A stretch of DNA of 64,000 nucleotides from Bacteroidaceae bacterium. Lineage in GTDB: Bacteria; Cyanobacteriota; Vampirovibrionia; Gastranaerophilales; Gastranaerophilaceae. The stretch spans positions 9,757 to 73,756 of the forward strand of contig CAVHEM010000009.1 of NCBI GenBank assembly GCA_963635055.1, written 5' to 3'. The position numbers and the translations under genes were made by a program. Shown here piece by piece: positions 15,801-22,860 of this stretch; position 1 is the first letter of the stretch; the number at the start of each line of letters is the position of its first letter. The notes below the pieces were generated by a model that ran no database searches, had not been told where the DNA came from, and saw only the letters and a program-made list of their open reading frames with translations.

Positions 15801-17130
15801 TTTCTCTCAAGAAGGTGATGGTGATGGTTACTACGGACCTGATCATTACCCTGATAACGGCGGTAATTCAAATGTCGATAACGATGACGGTGTAAACAGT
15901 GACACTCCTATCGCTATGGAAGAAGAAAAACCGAATGAACCTGATTTTGGTGATACAGATATCGATACAGATATTGATATTGATACCGACATCGATATAG
16001 ATAACGATATCGATACAGATACTGATATTGATACAGATATCGACACAGACTTAGATATTGATACTGACTTAGATATCGATACAGATACTGATGACGATGT
16101 TCCAGATGAACCAAAACCAGATCCGGAACCTGATCCTGATAAAGAACCTGATTTTGGTGACACAGATACAGATACTGATATTGATACTGATACCGACATC
16201 GACATAGACAACGATATCGATACAGATACTGATATTGATACAGATATCGACACAGACTTAGATATTGATACTGACTTAGATATCGATACAGATACTGATG
16301 ACGATGTTCCAGATGAACCAAAACCAGATCCGGAACCTGATCCTGATAAAGAACCTGATTTTGGTGACACAGATACAGATACTGATATTGATACTGATAC
16401 CGACATCGACATAGACAACGATATCGATACAGATACTGATATTGATACAGATATCGACACAGACTTAGATATTGATACTGACTTAGATATCGATACAGAT
16501 ACTGATGACGATGTTCCAGATGAACCAAAACCAGATCCAGAGCCAGATCCAGAACCAGATTTTGGTGACACAGATACAGATACCGATATTGATACTGACA
16601 CAGATATCGACGTGGACAACGATATAGACACAGATACTGATATTGATACTGATATAGACACAGACTTAGATATTGATACTGATATTGATATCGATACAGA
16701 TACTGACGATGATGTTCCGGATAGACCGGTTATTATTCCGAAAGTTGACCCAAGTATCATGTACATTCAAAGAAAAATCGATATGGCTGACTTGTCTGCA
16801 ATTGATAAACGTCAATATATGAGATTCAATATTTCAGACTCTACTCAACCGGTACTTCTTGAAACTTCTAACTCAGGTATTAACAGTATCCTTGATATTT
16901 CAAGAGGTGGTATCGCAGTCGGTCAAGACAACACATTACAAGTTGGTGATGTTGTTCCGGTACACTTAACTTACGGTGATTTGGATATCGATGCTGATGT
17001 TAAGATTGTCGCAACATCAGATAGCAAAGCCGGAGCACAATTCGTAAACTTGGATCCTGCAACTGCAAACAAACTTCTATACTTGAATATGTTGCTGGAA
17101 GATGCACAATATAGCATAACTCTTAAATAG
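12805..17130 (+). CDS. Giant (about 1441 aa) exported beta-helix-like protein: signal peptide + TPS/hemagglutination-type N-terminal domain + Asp-X repeat modules + C-terminal PilZ domain
   Basis: Signal peptide MRRSRKAQRRIVASILTGVFLMQQTMTLSVFAS. The TPS-like block is FQRYSDFTLDKGDTANLNF...INGTLNS...AIFISPNGMVVGSSGVLNVGSLGV. A long G/N/T-rich region with repetitive motifs follows, then 4 x 69-aa Asp-X modules. The C-terminus carries RQYMR (RxxxR) and DISRGG (DxSxxG). Start set at ATG 12805 by alignment with the paralog; the track ORF starts at TTG 12760. Confidence 0.8.
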   Translation: MRRSRKAQRRIVASILTGVFLMQQTMTLSVFASTITSVGSGVSQDGNTFTIDPMKTNGNIGFQRYSDFTLDKGDTANLNFEGVETFVNLLDKDKGQFTINGTLNSIRNNNFYEGKAIFISPNGMVVGSSGVLNVGSLGVYTHSADQYDTIMQQSDISHWTDRDLGLTSNGTITIDGKVFSSGDIALRAGQINLGQTGALIGGLNTTVGQSVKDNPANAALFSRLVNFNDAANDKNSSGKGIITINNYVESALEKSTDGLNLQGTVANYATVTQQDSSYVNGTVDLANIQIYNGHGDAVIGGKITSNGGSLKITNRAQLKDGKGNLTIADGANINYRSGSMSIHNGPVTSGSTGWASDNGNYTSMTINGNLSGNGDMTITQLGAGGMTFGKNSTVTNNGTLTIQNGNKPESDAAKELNAVSASMEINGKISNTGKSTITNYGKALNVNATGNVSNETSTLSMYNFGENGFNVANGGSINGTDTTIYMYNYGADGMNTHGNVTAKGTGDINMINFASGTNGINIYEDSKITSNNNISITNKATGRDNKSLRNEVGGVNVRGLIDATEIVNIDSDSGNVILGYTTNDNFVKGKNINITTNDASILNYGVEKTLLNATGNLSMKATDGTIGLTTQDNACTGSGCTGVGRKANGSRDFTKSINANIGGNVYAKTTNADNTEQAAKPEGLVINYASIGNDMNIDVVDADGRVILTVDDDYGTANNGKKYSMNNANTGLNGATNIKGWGISLIADKNIGTSDNKVTFIQTKDGNDGYKMDVLANNDINIKENSYNDSAYKAKNGETKSNDVCTMISREGSIDAEFGGNTYIEDITAEKSINVVTRGKILEIENLGDIQNKDILTNGDYFGKYTNGEADGGYLSDDRKTQSLPNEVTLKALDINKSIRSDGTNVDGYYAYADSTVRVKNALLDHGNMDITADQIYANGIHVDYGKTGPKKEIDNSTKKVEGAKEYPTGHAVRPKDVTDIDHDEHERNYYYHTGKGDGFSQEGDGDGYYGPDHYPDNGGNSNVDNDDGVNSDTPIAMEEEKPNEPDFGDTDIDTDIDIDTDIDIDNDIDTDTDIDTDIDTDLDIDTDLDIDTDTDDDVPDEPKPDPEPDPDKEPDFGDTDTDTDIDTDTDIDIDNDIDTDTDIDTDIDTDLDIDTDLDIDTDTDDDVPDEPKPDPEPDPDKEPDFGDTDTDTDIDTDTDIDIDNDIDTDTDIDTDIDTDLDIDTDLDIDTDTDDDVPDEPKPDPEPDPEPDFGDTDTDTDIDTDTDIDVDNDIDTDTDIDTDIDTDLDIDTDIDIDTDTDDDVPDRPVIIPKVDPSIMYIQRKIDMADLSAIDKRQYMRFNISDSTQPVLLETSNSGINSILDISRGGIAVGQDNTLQVGDVVPVHLTYGDLDIDADVKIVATSDSKAGAQFVNLDPATANKLLYLNMLLEDAQYSITLK
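15937..16730 (+). repeat. In-frame tandem repeat, about 4 copies of 207 nt (last copy 201 nt), encoding alternating Asp-X modules and a PDEPKPDPEPDP linker
   Basis: GAACC(T/A)GATTTTGGTGA recurs at 15937, 16144, 16351 and 16552. Copies 1-3 are identical by eye over more than 100 nt. Confidence 0.9.
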
Positions 17131-17153
17131 AGTGAAAGCCAAATAATCAAACT

Positions 17154-17185
17154 AAAAGACCTGCTTTAAAAGGCAGGTCTTTTTA
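17154..17185. terminator. Bidirectional rho-independent terminator between giant gene 1 and typA
   Basis: AAAAGACCTGC / GCAGGTCTTTTT inverted repeat with A- and T-tracts on both sides. Confidence 0.7.
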
Positions 17186-17234
17186 TATGTCATTTTGTTA
17201 TTTTGAGTTCTTGAAATTACCACAAACTTTGAAT

Positions 17235-19031
17235 TTAGTTGTAGATTTTTCTTGTCAAATCTGCTTTTCTAAGTCTGATATTTTCCGGTGTAATTTCAAC
17301 AAGTTCTTCATCACCGATATACTCAAGAGCTTCTTCAAGAGAAAGAATTTTTGGTGCTTGCAAAGTAACCATTACATCTGCAGTTGAACTTCTCATATTT
17401 GTTAATTTTTTAGTCTTACAGATGTTTACAACGATATCTTGTGGTCTGTTGCATTCACCGATAATCATACCTCTATAAACTTTAGTTTTCGGAGTAACAA
17501 AGAATACACCTCTGTCTTCGTATTGAGCCAATGCGTAAGGTATTGCTTCGCCTTGTTCGTGAGCAATGATTGACCCGCTTCTTTGACGAGGAATATCGCC
17601 GGCATAAGGTCTGTAGTGCAAGAATGTATGATACATTATGCCTTCACCTCTTGTCATTCTGATGAACTCACTTCTAAATCCGATAAGTCCTCTTGCCGGA
17701 ATATGGAAGGTCAAAACAGTTCTGTTTTTAGAAGTTTGCATATCCTTCATTTCTGCTTTTCTGCCTGCTAATCTTTCGATTGCCGAGCCTGCGTATTCTT
17801 CCGGAACATCAATGATAAGATTTTCATAAGGTTCGCAAAGTTCACCGTTAATCTTTTTATAGATAACTTCAGGTTTTGAAACTGCAAATTCATATCCTTC
17901 ACGACGCATTGTTTCAATAAGAATACTCAAATGCAATTCGCCTCTGCCTGAAACTCTAAATCTGTCAGTAGACTCAGTATCTTCAACTCTCAAACTTACG
18001 TTCTTTTCAAGTTCATCATACAAACGTTTTCTGATTTGTCTTGATGTTACAAATTTACCTTCTGTACCAGCAAACGGACTGTCGTTTACTGAGAAATTCA
18101 TTTGCAAAGTAGGTTCGTCAACTGAAATCAAAGGCAAAGCTTTAGAATTTGTCGGGTCACAAATTGTTTCACCGATTTGAATATCTGCAAAACCTGAGAT
18201 ACCAACGATATCACCTGCTGATGCTTCTTGAATTTCAACTCTGCCCAAATCCTTAAAACCGAACAATTTAATGATTTTACCACGTTCTTGGCTTCCGTCA
18301 GCGTGGATAACGCAAACTTGGTCTTGAGAGTGAACTTTACCGTGTGCAATTCTACCGATAACAATTCTTCCTACATATTCGTTATAGTCAAGAGTTGTTG
18401 CTCTGAATTGGAACGGTTCATCTTCATCACCTTCCGGTGGTTGGATATTTTTAATGATACTGTCTAAAAGTGGTACCATATCTTTTCTTTCGTCTTCAAG
18501 TTCATTGATTGCAAAACCGTTCAAACTGCTTGCAAAAATGAACGGAAAGTCGATTAAATCTTCTCTGTCAGTTAATTCTGTGAACAAATCAAAAACTTTG
18601 TCTAAAGCCGTTAAAGGTTCTGCTGCAGGTTTATCAATTTTGTTGATAACAACGATAATTTTCAAACCTAATTCCAAAGCTTTTGATAATACAAAACGAG
18701 TTTGTGGCATAGGTCCTTCAGCAGCATCAACAATAAGCAATGCTCCATCAACCATACCTAATACACGTTCAACTTCACCACCAAAGTCAGCGTGACCAGG
18801 GGTGTCAACTACGTTAATTTTAGTGCCTTTGTAGTTAATTGAAATGTTTTTAGAAAGAATTGTAATCCCTCTTTCTCTTTCCAAATCGTTACTATCAAGT
18901 ACACGTTCTTCAACGTGTTGATTTTCACGGAAAACACCGGCTTGCTTTAACAAACAGTCAACGAGTGTAGTTTTACCGTGGTCAACGTGTGCAATAATCG
19001 CAATATTTCTTATATTTTCGTTACATGTCAT
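17235..19031 (-). CDS. typA: Translational GTPase TypA/BipA
   Basis: [25 protein letters not shown] and NKID G-motifs, with full-length similarity to BipA. Confidence 0.95.
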   Translation of the reverse strand: MTCNENIRNIAIIAHVDHGKTTLVDCLLKQAGVFRENQHVEERVLDSNDLERERGITILSKNISINYKGTKINVVDTPGHADFGGEVERVLGMVDGALLIVDAAEGPMPQTRFVLSKALELGLKIIVVINKIDKPAAEPLTALDKVFDLFTELTDREDLIDFPFIFASSLNGFAINELEDERKDMVPLLDSIIKNIQPPEGDEDEPFQFRATTLDYNEYVGRIVIGRIAHGKVHSQDQVCVIHADGSQERGKIIKLFGFKDLGRVEIQEASAGDIVGISGFADIQIGETICDPTNSKALPLISVDEPTLQMNFSVNDSPFAGTEGKFVTSRQIRKRLYDELEKNVSLRVEDTESTDRFRVSGRGELHLSILIETMRREGYEFAVSKPEVIYKKINGELCEPYENLIIDVPEEYAGSAIERLAGRKAEMKDMQTSKNRTVLTFHIPARGLIGFRSEFIRMTRGEGIMYHTFLHYRPYAGDIPRQRSGSIIAHEQGEAIPYALAQYEDRGVFFVTPKTKVYRGMIIGECNRPQDIVVNICKTKKLTNMRSSTADVMVTLQAPKILSLEEALEYIGDEELVEITPENIRLRKADLTRKIYN

Positions 19032-19117
19032 ACATTCCCTACCAATCGTAATTTGTTTAGTGTAATTTTTACACTTATATCATAAAACAGAATATTTTAT
19101 ATTTCAATATTATATTA

Positions 19118-19462
19118 TCATTTTTTAAGTTCATCTAATAATCTTTGAACTTTTTTGTAAAGCCCACCCTTGCCATGCTTATCTAAAATTGAATTAGCAA
19201 GTTCCAATTCTTCTACTGCAAGTCGCTTGTTTTCAGTCTTAATAATTTGTGCAATTTCATATCTTATTGCAGCCAACTTTAATTCATACCCTTCAACAGG
19301 TTTCATTGCACGTTTGATTGTGTGAAATCTGCCTTGAACTTTAGTATAATTTTCGCAAATTTCTTTAAGAGCTCTTTTTTCGGTTTGTAATGTTTTCAAA
19401 TGCTTATCACTATTGGGTTGGGTTACTTTGTATATTTCTTTTAAATCGTTTGCACGAGCCAT
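19118..19462 (-). CDS. Hypothetical protein (114 aa, predicted helical); same frame as the upstream ORF
   Basis: ORF track, no recognisable motif. The 87 nt upstream are stop-free in this frame up to the TAA of ORF 19550-19807. Confidence 0.45.
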   Translation of the reverse strand: MARANDLKEIYKVTQPNSDKHLKTLQTEKRALKEICENYTKVQGRFHTIKRAMKPVEGYELKLAAIRYEIAQIIKTENKRLAVEELELANSILDKHGKGGLYKKVQRLLDELKK

Positions 19463-19549
19463 AATGTGAATAGGATCATTAAATCTTTTTGCAATAGCAA
19501 GCGCATTTGTTGCAAATTTTTCGAGAGCTTCAGTATTTTTCTGGTTTAA

Positions 19550-19807
19550 TTATTTTATTAATAGGCTATAAATTGCACCGGCTAGGCTTCCTTCACCCAA
19601 ATTTACCAATTTTTCTGCTAGTCTGGCACTGTTACGATTAAAGTTATTCAAATTATTAGTTGCTATATAAGTATCACTGATATCATGAAGTGTTGCAGAA
19701 AACTGTGATGGGTCTATATTTTTTCGTTGTTTTGCAGAACTCGTAACTTGTTTTTCTAATTTTGAAAACGCATTAACGGGATTGATATTTCTACTTATAA
19801 TCTTCAT
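19550..19807 (-). CDS. Hypothetical protein (85 aa); may be the N-terminal part of a longer interrupted ORF
   Basis: ORF track. Its TAA stop (19552-19550) is in frame with ORF 19118-19462. Confidence 0.45.
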   Translation of the reverse strand: MKIISRNINPVNAFSKLEKQVTSSAKQRKNIDPSQFSATLHDISDTYIATNNLNNFNRNSARLAEKLVNLGEGSLAGAIYSLLIK

Positions 19808-19851
19808 GAAAACTCCTTTTTAGGTTATAAAACCTGTAAAAAGAAATTTTG

Positions 19852-21246
19852 CTATCTGTTATTTTTTTCAGGTGCGTAAGCAATAAGTGAACAAGTTAAA
19901 CATGCAATTCCGAAAATAATACCAAATCCCATAGTCAAATGGTATGAGTCTAAAAATGCGTTAGTGTATTCAATTCCGCTATGTCTAAAAATGTTTCTGA
20001 AACTGTCAAACATTGTAATAGTCAACGCTACACCGAGAATATTGCCTAAATTTCTTGATAATGATAATATTCCGCTTGCAATTCCAAGTTCATCTTTTCT
20101 TACAGAGGTGATAATAGCGTTATTTGACGGAGATTGGAAACAACCGTTACCGATACCCATAATTATAGATGCCAAAACGACTTCCCACTTCGGAGTTGAA
20201 GTGTTAAATGTAGTAAAAATAATCAGTGCAATTATATATATTGAAGGGCCAAGTATTGTGAGCAACCTGCTACCATGTTTTCCTGCGTAACTTCCCGCAA
20301 ACGGTGCAACTGCAGATGATGCGATAGAATACGGCAAAATTAGTAAACCTGTTACAAAAGGGTTTAGGTGTTTGATTTCCTGCAAAAATATTGGTAACAA
20401 TACCCCGTTTGTGAACATACACATATAAGAAGTCATTACAGCGACGTTTCCAAATGTAAATGTCCTTATTTTAAACATTTTGAAGTTTATCAACGGATAA
20501 TTGATTTTTTTATCACGAAAATAGAATAATGCTCCAAAAATTAGGGTTATAATACCTAAAACGATTATTCGTATTGACTTCCAACCCCAAGTGTGACCTT
20601 CTGAAATGGCAAGTAACAAGGCAAATAAGCCCGTTGTAAAGTAAATAAATCCTTTATAATCAAACTTGAATTTCTTTTTCTTGACGTAAGAAGGGAGCAT
20701 TCTGTATGAAATTATTGCCCCAGCAATCGCAATTGGAACAGAAGGTAAAAATATAGCATGCCAGTTGAATAAATGAATTAAAAAACCGCCTATAGCAGGT
20801 CCGCTCATACCGCCAACGGCGACAATACAGGCATTTATACCAAGTGCTTTACCACGTTCAGAACCTTTGAACAGTGTTGCAATCGCCGCCGGTCCGTTCG
20901 CAATCATAACAGAAGCACCCATTGCCTCGATACATCGATAAAAAATCAATAAATAAAAGCAATTTGTTGTTGAACTTAAAAATGCACCAAGTGCAAAAAC
21001 AGAAAAACCGACTGCATAGACTTTGTTTTTAGGAAAAATATCACCTAATTTGCCAAAAAATGGCAATAAAACAGTCAAAACAAGCATATAGGCAATTATT
21101 ACCCACTGAACTTGTGAGATAGTAATATGCAAACCTTGAGAAATCGGGTATAGTGCAAGGTTTACTGTGCTTGAATCAAGCATTCCCAAAAAATTACCTA
21201 TTATAATAAGGTTACACAATATCCATTTTATCGATTTTCTGCTCAT
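19852..21246 (-). CDS. MFS transporter, DHA2 (EmrB/QacA-like, 14-TMS) drug:H+ antiporter family
   Basis: Many TM segments with the typical LGDIFPKNKVY and GALFYFRDKK loops. Start set at ATG 21246 because a good promoter lies between it and the TTG at 21312. Confidence 0.8.
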   Translation of the reverse strand: MSRKSIKWILCNLIIIGNFLGMLDSSTVNLALYPISQGLHITISQVQWVIIAYMLVLTVLLPFFGKLGDIFPKNKVYAVGFSVFALGAFLSSTTNCFYLLIFYRCIEAMGASVMIANGPAAIATLFKGSERGKALGINACIVAVGGMSGPAIGGFLIHLFNWHAIFLPSVPIAIAGAIISYRMLPSYVKKKKFKFDYKGFIYFTTGLFALLLAISEGHTWGWKSIRIIVLGIITLIFGALFYFRDKKINYPLINFKMFKIRTFTFGNVAVMTSYMCMFTNGVLLPIFLQEIKHLNPFVTGLLILPYSIASSAVAPFAGSYAGKHGSRLLTILGPSIYIIALIIFTTFNTSTPKWEVVLASIIMGIGNGCFQSPSNNAIITSVRKDELGIASGILSLSRNLGNILGVALTITMFDSFRNIFRHSGIEYTNAFLDSYHLTMGFGIIFGIACLTCSLIAYAPEKNNR

Positions 21247-21283
21247 AGTTTTAATTTTATCACGAGGATTTTCATTTAACTGA

Positions 21284-21312
21284 TTATTAAATATTTGTAA
21301 TATTTTTGTCAA
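21284..21312 (-). promoter_or_regulatory. Sigma-70-like promoter of the MFS transporter gene
   Basis: Minus strand TTGACA (21312-21307), 17-nt spacer, TAATAA (21289-21284). Confidence 0.5.
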
Positions 21313-21314
21313 AT

Positions 21315-21347
21315 AAAAAGACGCTTGCGATATGCAAACGTCTTTTT
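21315..21347 (-). terminator. Rho-independent terminator after metK
   Basis: GACGTTTGC / GCAAGCGTC stem (one mismatch) followed by TTTTT on the minus strand. Confidence 0.6.
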
Positions 21348-21363
21348 AAGTATTTAGATTAGT

Positions 21364-22635
21364 CTAGCAAGCACAGCCACAAGAGCAAACACTGTTTTTC
21401 AATAAGTCTGCTTTGTCTGTTGCTTCCCAAGGAACATTGATATCTGTACGTCCCATGTGACCATAAGCTGCTAACAATTGGTAGAATTTACCGCCATTTT
21501 TAGCAGGCAAGTTTCTCAAATCAAATTGTTTGATGATTGCAGCAGGTCTAAGGTCGAAGTTTTTAGCAACCAATTCAGAGATTTCATCATCTGAAATTTT
21601 ACCTGTACCGAATGAATCAACCATGATTGAAACAGGTTCTGCAACACCGATAGCATAAGCCAATTCGATTTCACATTTTTCAGCAAGTCCTGCTGCTACA
21701 ATATTTTTAGCAACGTATCTTGCTGCATAAGCTGCAGATCTGTCAACTTTTGTAGGATCTTTTCCTGAGAAAGCGCCGCCGCCGTGTCTTGAGTAACCAC
21801 CGTAAGTATCAACGATGATTTTTCTTCCGGTCAAGCCTGAATCTCCTTGAGGACCACCGATTACAAATCTTCCTGATGGGTTGATTAAAATAATTGTGTC
21901 GTCATCAATTTTGATATCTTCATGTGCGAAAACTTCGTCAATTACTAGATTTTTCAAGTCATTTCTAATAATTTCTTGAACTTTTTTGTTATCAGAAATT
22001 CCGTTAATTTCAGGGTTGTGTTGAGTTGAAAGCAATACTGTGTGAATTCTTGAAGGTTTGCCGTCAACGTATTCAACTGTAACTTGAGATTTTCCGTCCG
22101 GTCTTAGGTAATCAACTAAGCCTTGTTTTCTGATTTGAGTCAATCTGTATGATAATTTGTGTGCCAAACTGATTGGTAAAGGCATAAGTTCAGGTGTTTC
22201 GTTGCAAGCGTAGCCAAACATAATACCTTGGTCACCGGCCCCGATTTCTTCTGTTTCTGTAACTGATGTATCAGCGTTAAATTCTCTTGATTCAAACGCT
22301 TTGTTTACACCGTTACCGATGTCTGTTGATTGTTCATCAATACTAGTTAATACAGCGCAAGTGTTAGCATCAAAACCACCGGCATTTGAACCTGTATAAC
22401 CGATATTTCTGATAGTATTTCTAACAACTTGAGGAATATCTACATAACAATCAGCGGTAATTTCGCCACAAACAAGTGCCATACCGGTTGTCACTGTAGT
22501 TTCAGCAGCAACTCTTGATTGTCTGTCTTTTGTCAAAAACTCGTCTAAAATTGCATCAGAAATCTGATCGCAAACTTTGTCGGGGTGACCTTCCGTAACA
22601 GATTCGGAAGTGAACAAAAATCTTTTTGGTGTCAT
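21364..22635 (-). CDS. metK: S-adenosylmethionine synthase
   Basis: [33 protein letters not shown] and [19 protein letters not shown] motifs. Carries an extra C-terminal tail ending VCSCGCAC. Confidence 0.95.
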   Translation of the reverse strand: MTPKRFLFTSESVTEGHPDKVCDQISDAILDEFLTKDRQSRVAAETTVTTGMALVCGEITADCYVDIPQVVRNTIRNIGYTGSNAGGFDANTCAVLTSIDEQSTDIGNGVNKAFESREFNADTSVTETEEIGAGDQGIMFGYACNETPELMPLPISLAHKLSYRLTQIRKQGLVDYLRPDGKSQVTVEYVDGKPSRIHTVLLSTQHNPEINGISDNKKVQEIIRNDLKNLVIDEVFAHEDIKIDDDTIILINPSGRFVIGGPQGDSGLTGRKIIVDTYGGYSRHGGGAFSGKDPTKVDRSAAYAARYVAKNIVAAGLAEKCEIELAYAIGVAEPVSIMVDSFGTGKISDDEISELVAKNFDLRPAAIIKQFDLRNLPAKNGGKFYQLLAAYGHMGRTDINVPWEATDKADLLKNSVCSCGCAC

Positions 22636-22860
22636 TTCTTTTTCTCCTTAATTTATTTTCTAAGCCGGTAAGTCTTTTAATTCCAACCCGGCACTCCTTT
22701 TTTAGCACAGTGTAGTTCAAAACATTTGTTAAATCAAATTTTTTACACTTTTTATATAACAAAAGTTAATATAATTAGTTTTATTTTTTGTTACATAAGT
22801 GAAAAATATCCTTCTTTTGTGATAACCTATTCTTATAAGTATTTAAAGAAGGGGACGAAT

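Noticed and set aside
15846-16766. Long antisense ORFs rich in S/V/I (306 aa) or Y/Q/L/R (15914-16528, 204 aa) opposite the Asp-X repeat of giant gene 1
   Set aside because: They are mirror images of GAT/GAC-NNN codon repeats. They have the same periodicity as the sense repeat and no SD or start context. They lie wholly inside a much longer, homology-supported ORF.
19032-19117. Inverted repeat GTGTAA-AAA-TTACAC in the typA upstream region as an operator
   Set aside because: A 6-bp AT-rich palindrome is expected by chance at this base composition, and there is no supporting context.
22636-22740. Possible SAM riboswitch in the metK 5' UTR
   Set aside because: The leader from a plausible promoter (TTGATT-17-TACACT) is only about 65 nt, with one GCCGG/CCGGC hairpin. 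I could not match SAM-I core elements or convincingly fit SAM-II, V, III, VI or SAM-SAH pseudoknots by eye. It needs an Infernal/Rfam scan, so it is not claimed.
22726-22860. T-box leader or a long N-terminal extension of valS (track ORF starts at 22726)
   Set aside because: The extension translates to implausible hydrophobic, low-complexity sequence, and the ATG at 22861 has a good SD. The region upstream is too short and lacks a T-box (AGGGUGGNACCGCG-like) sequence or a specifier-loop architecture.
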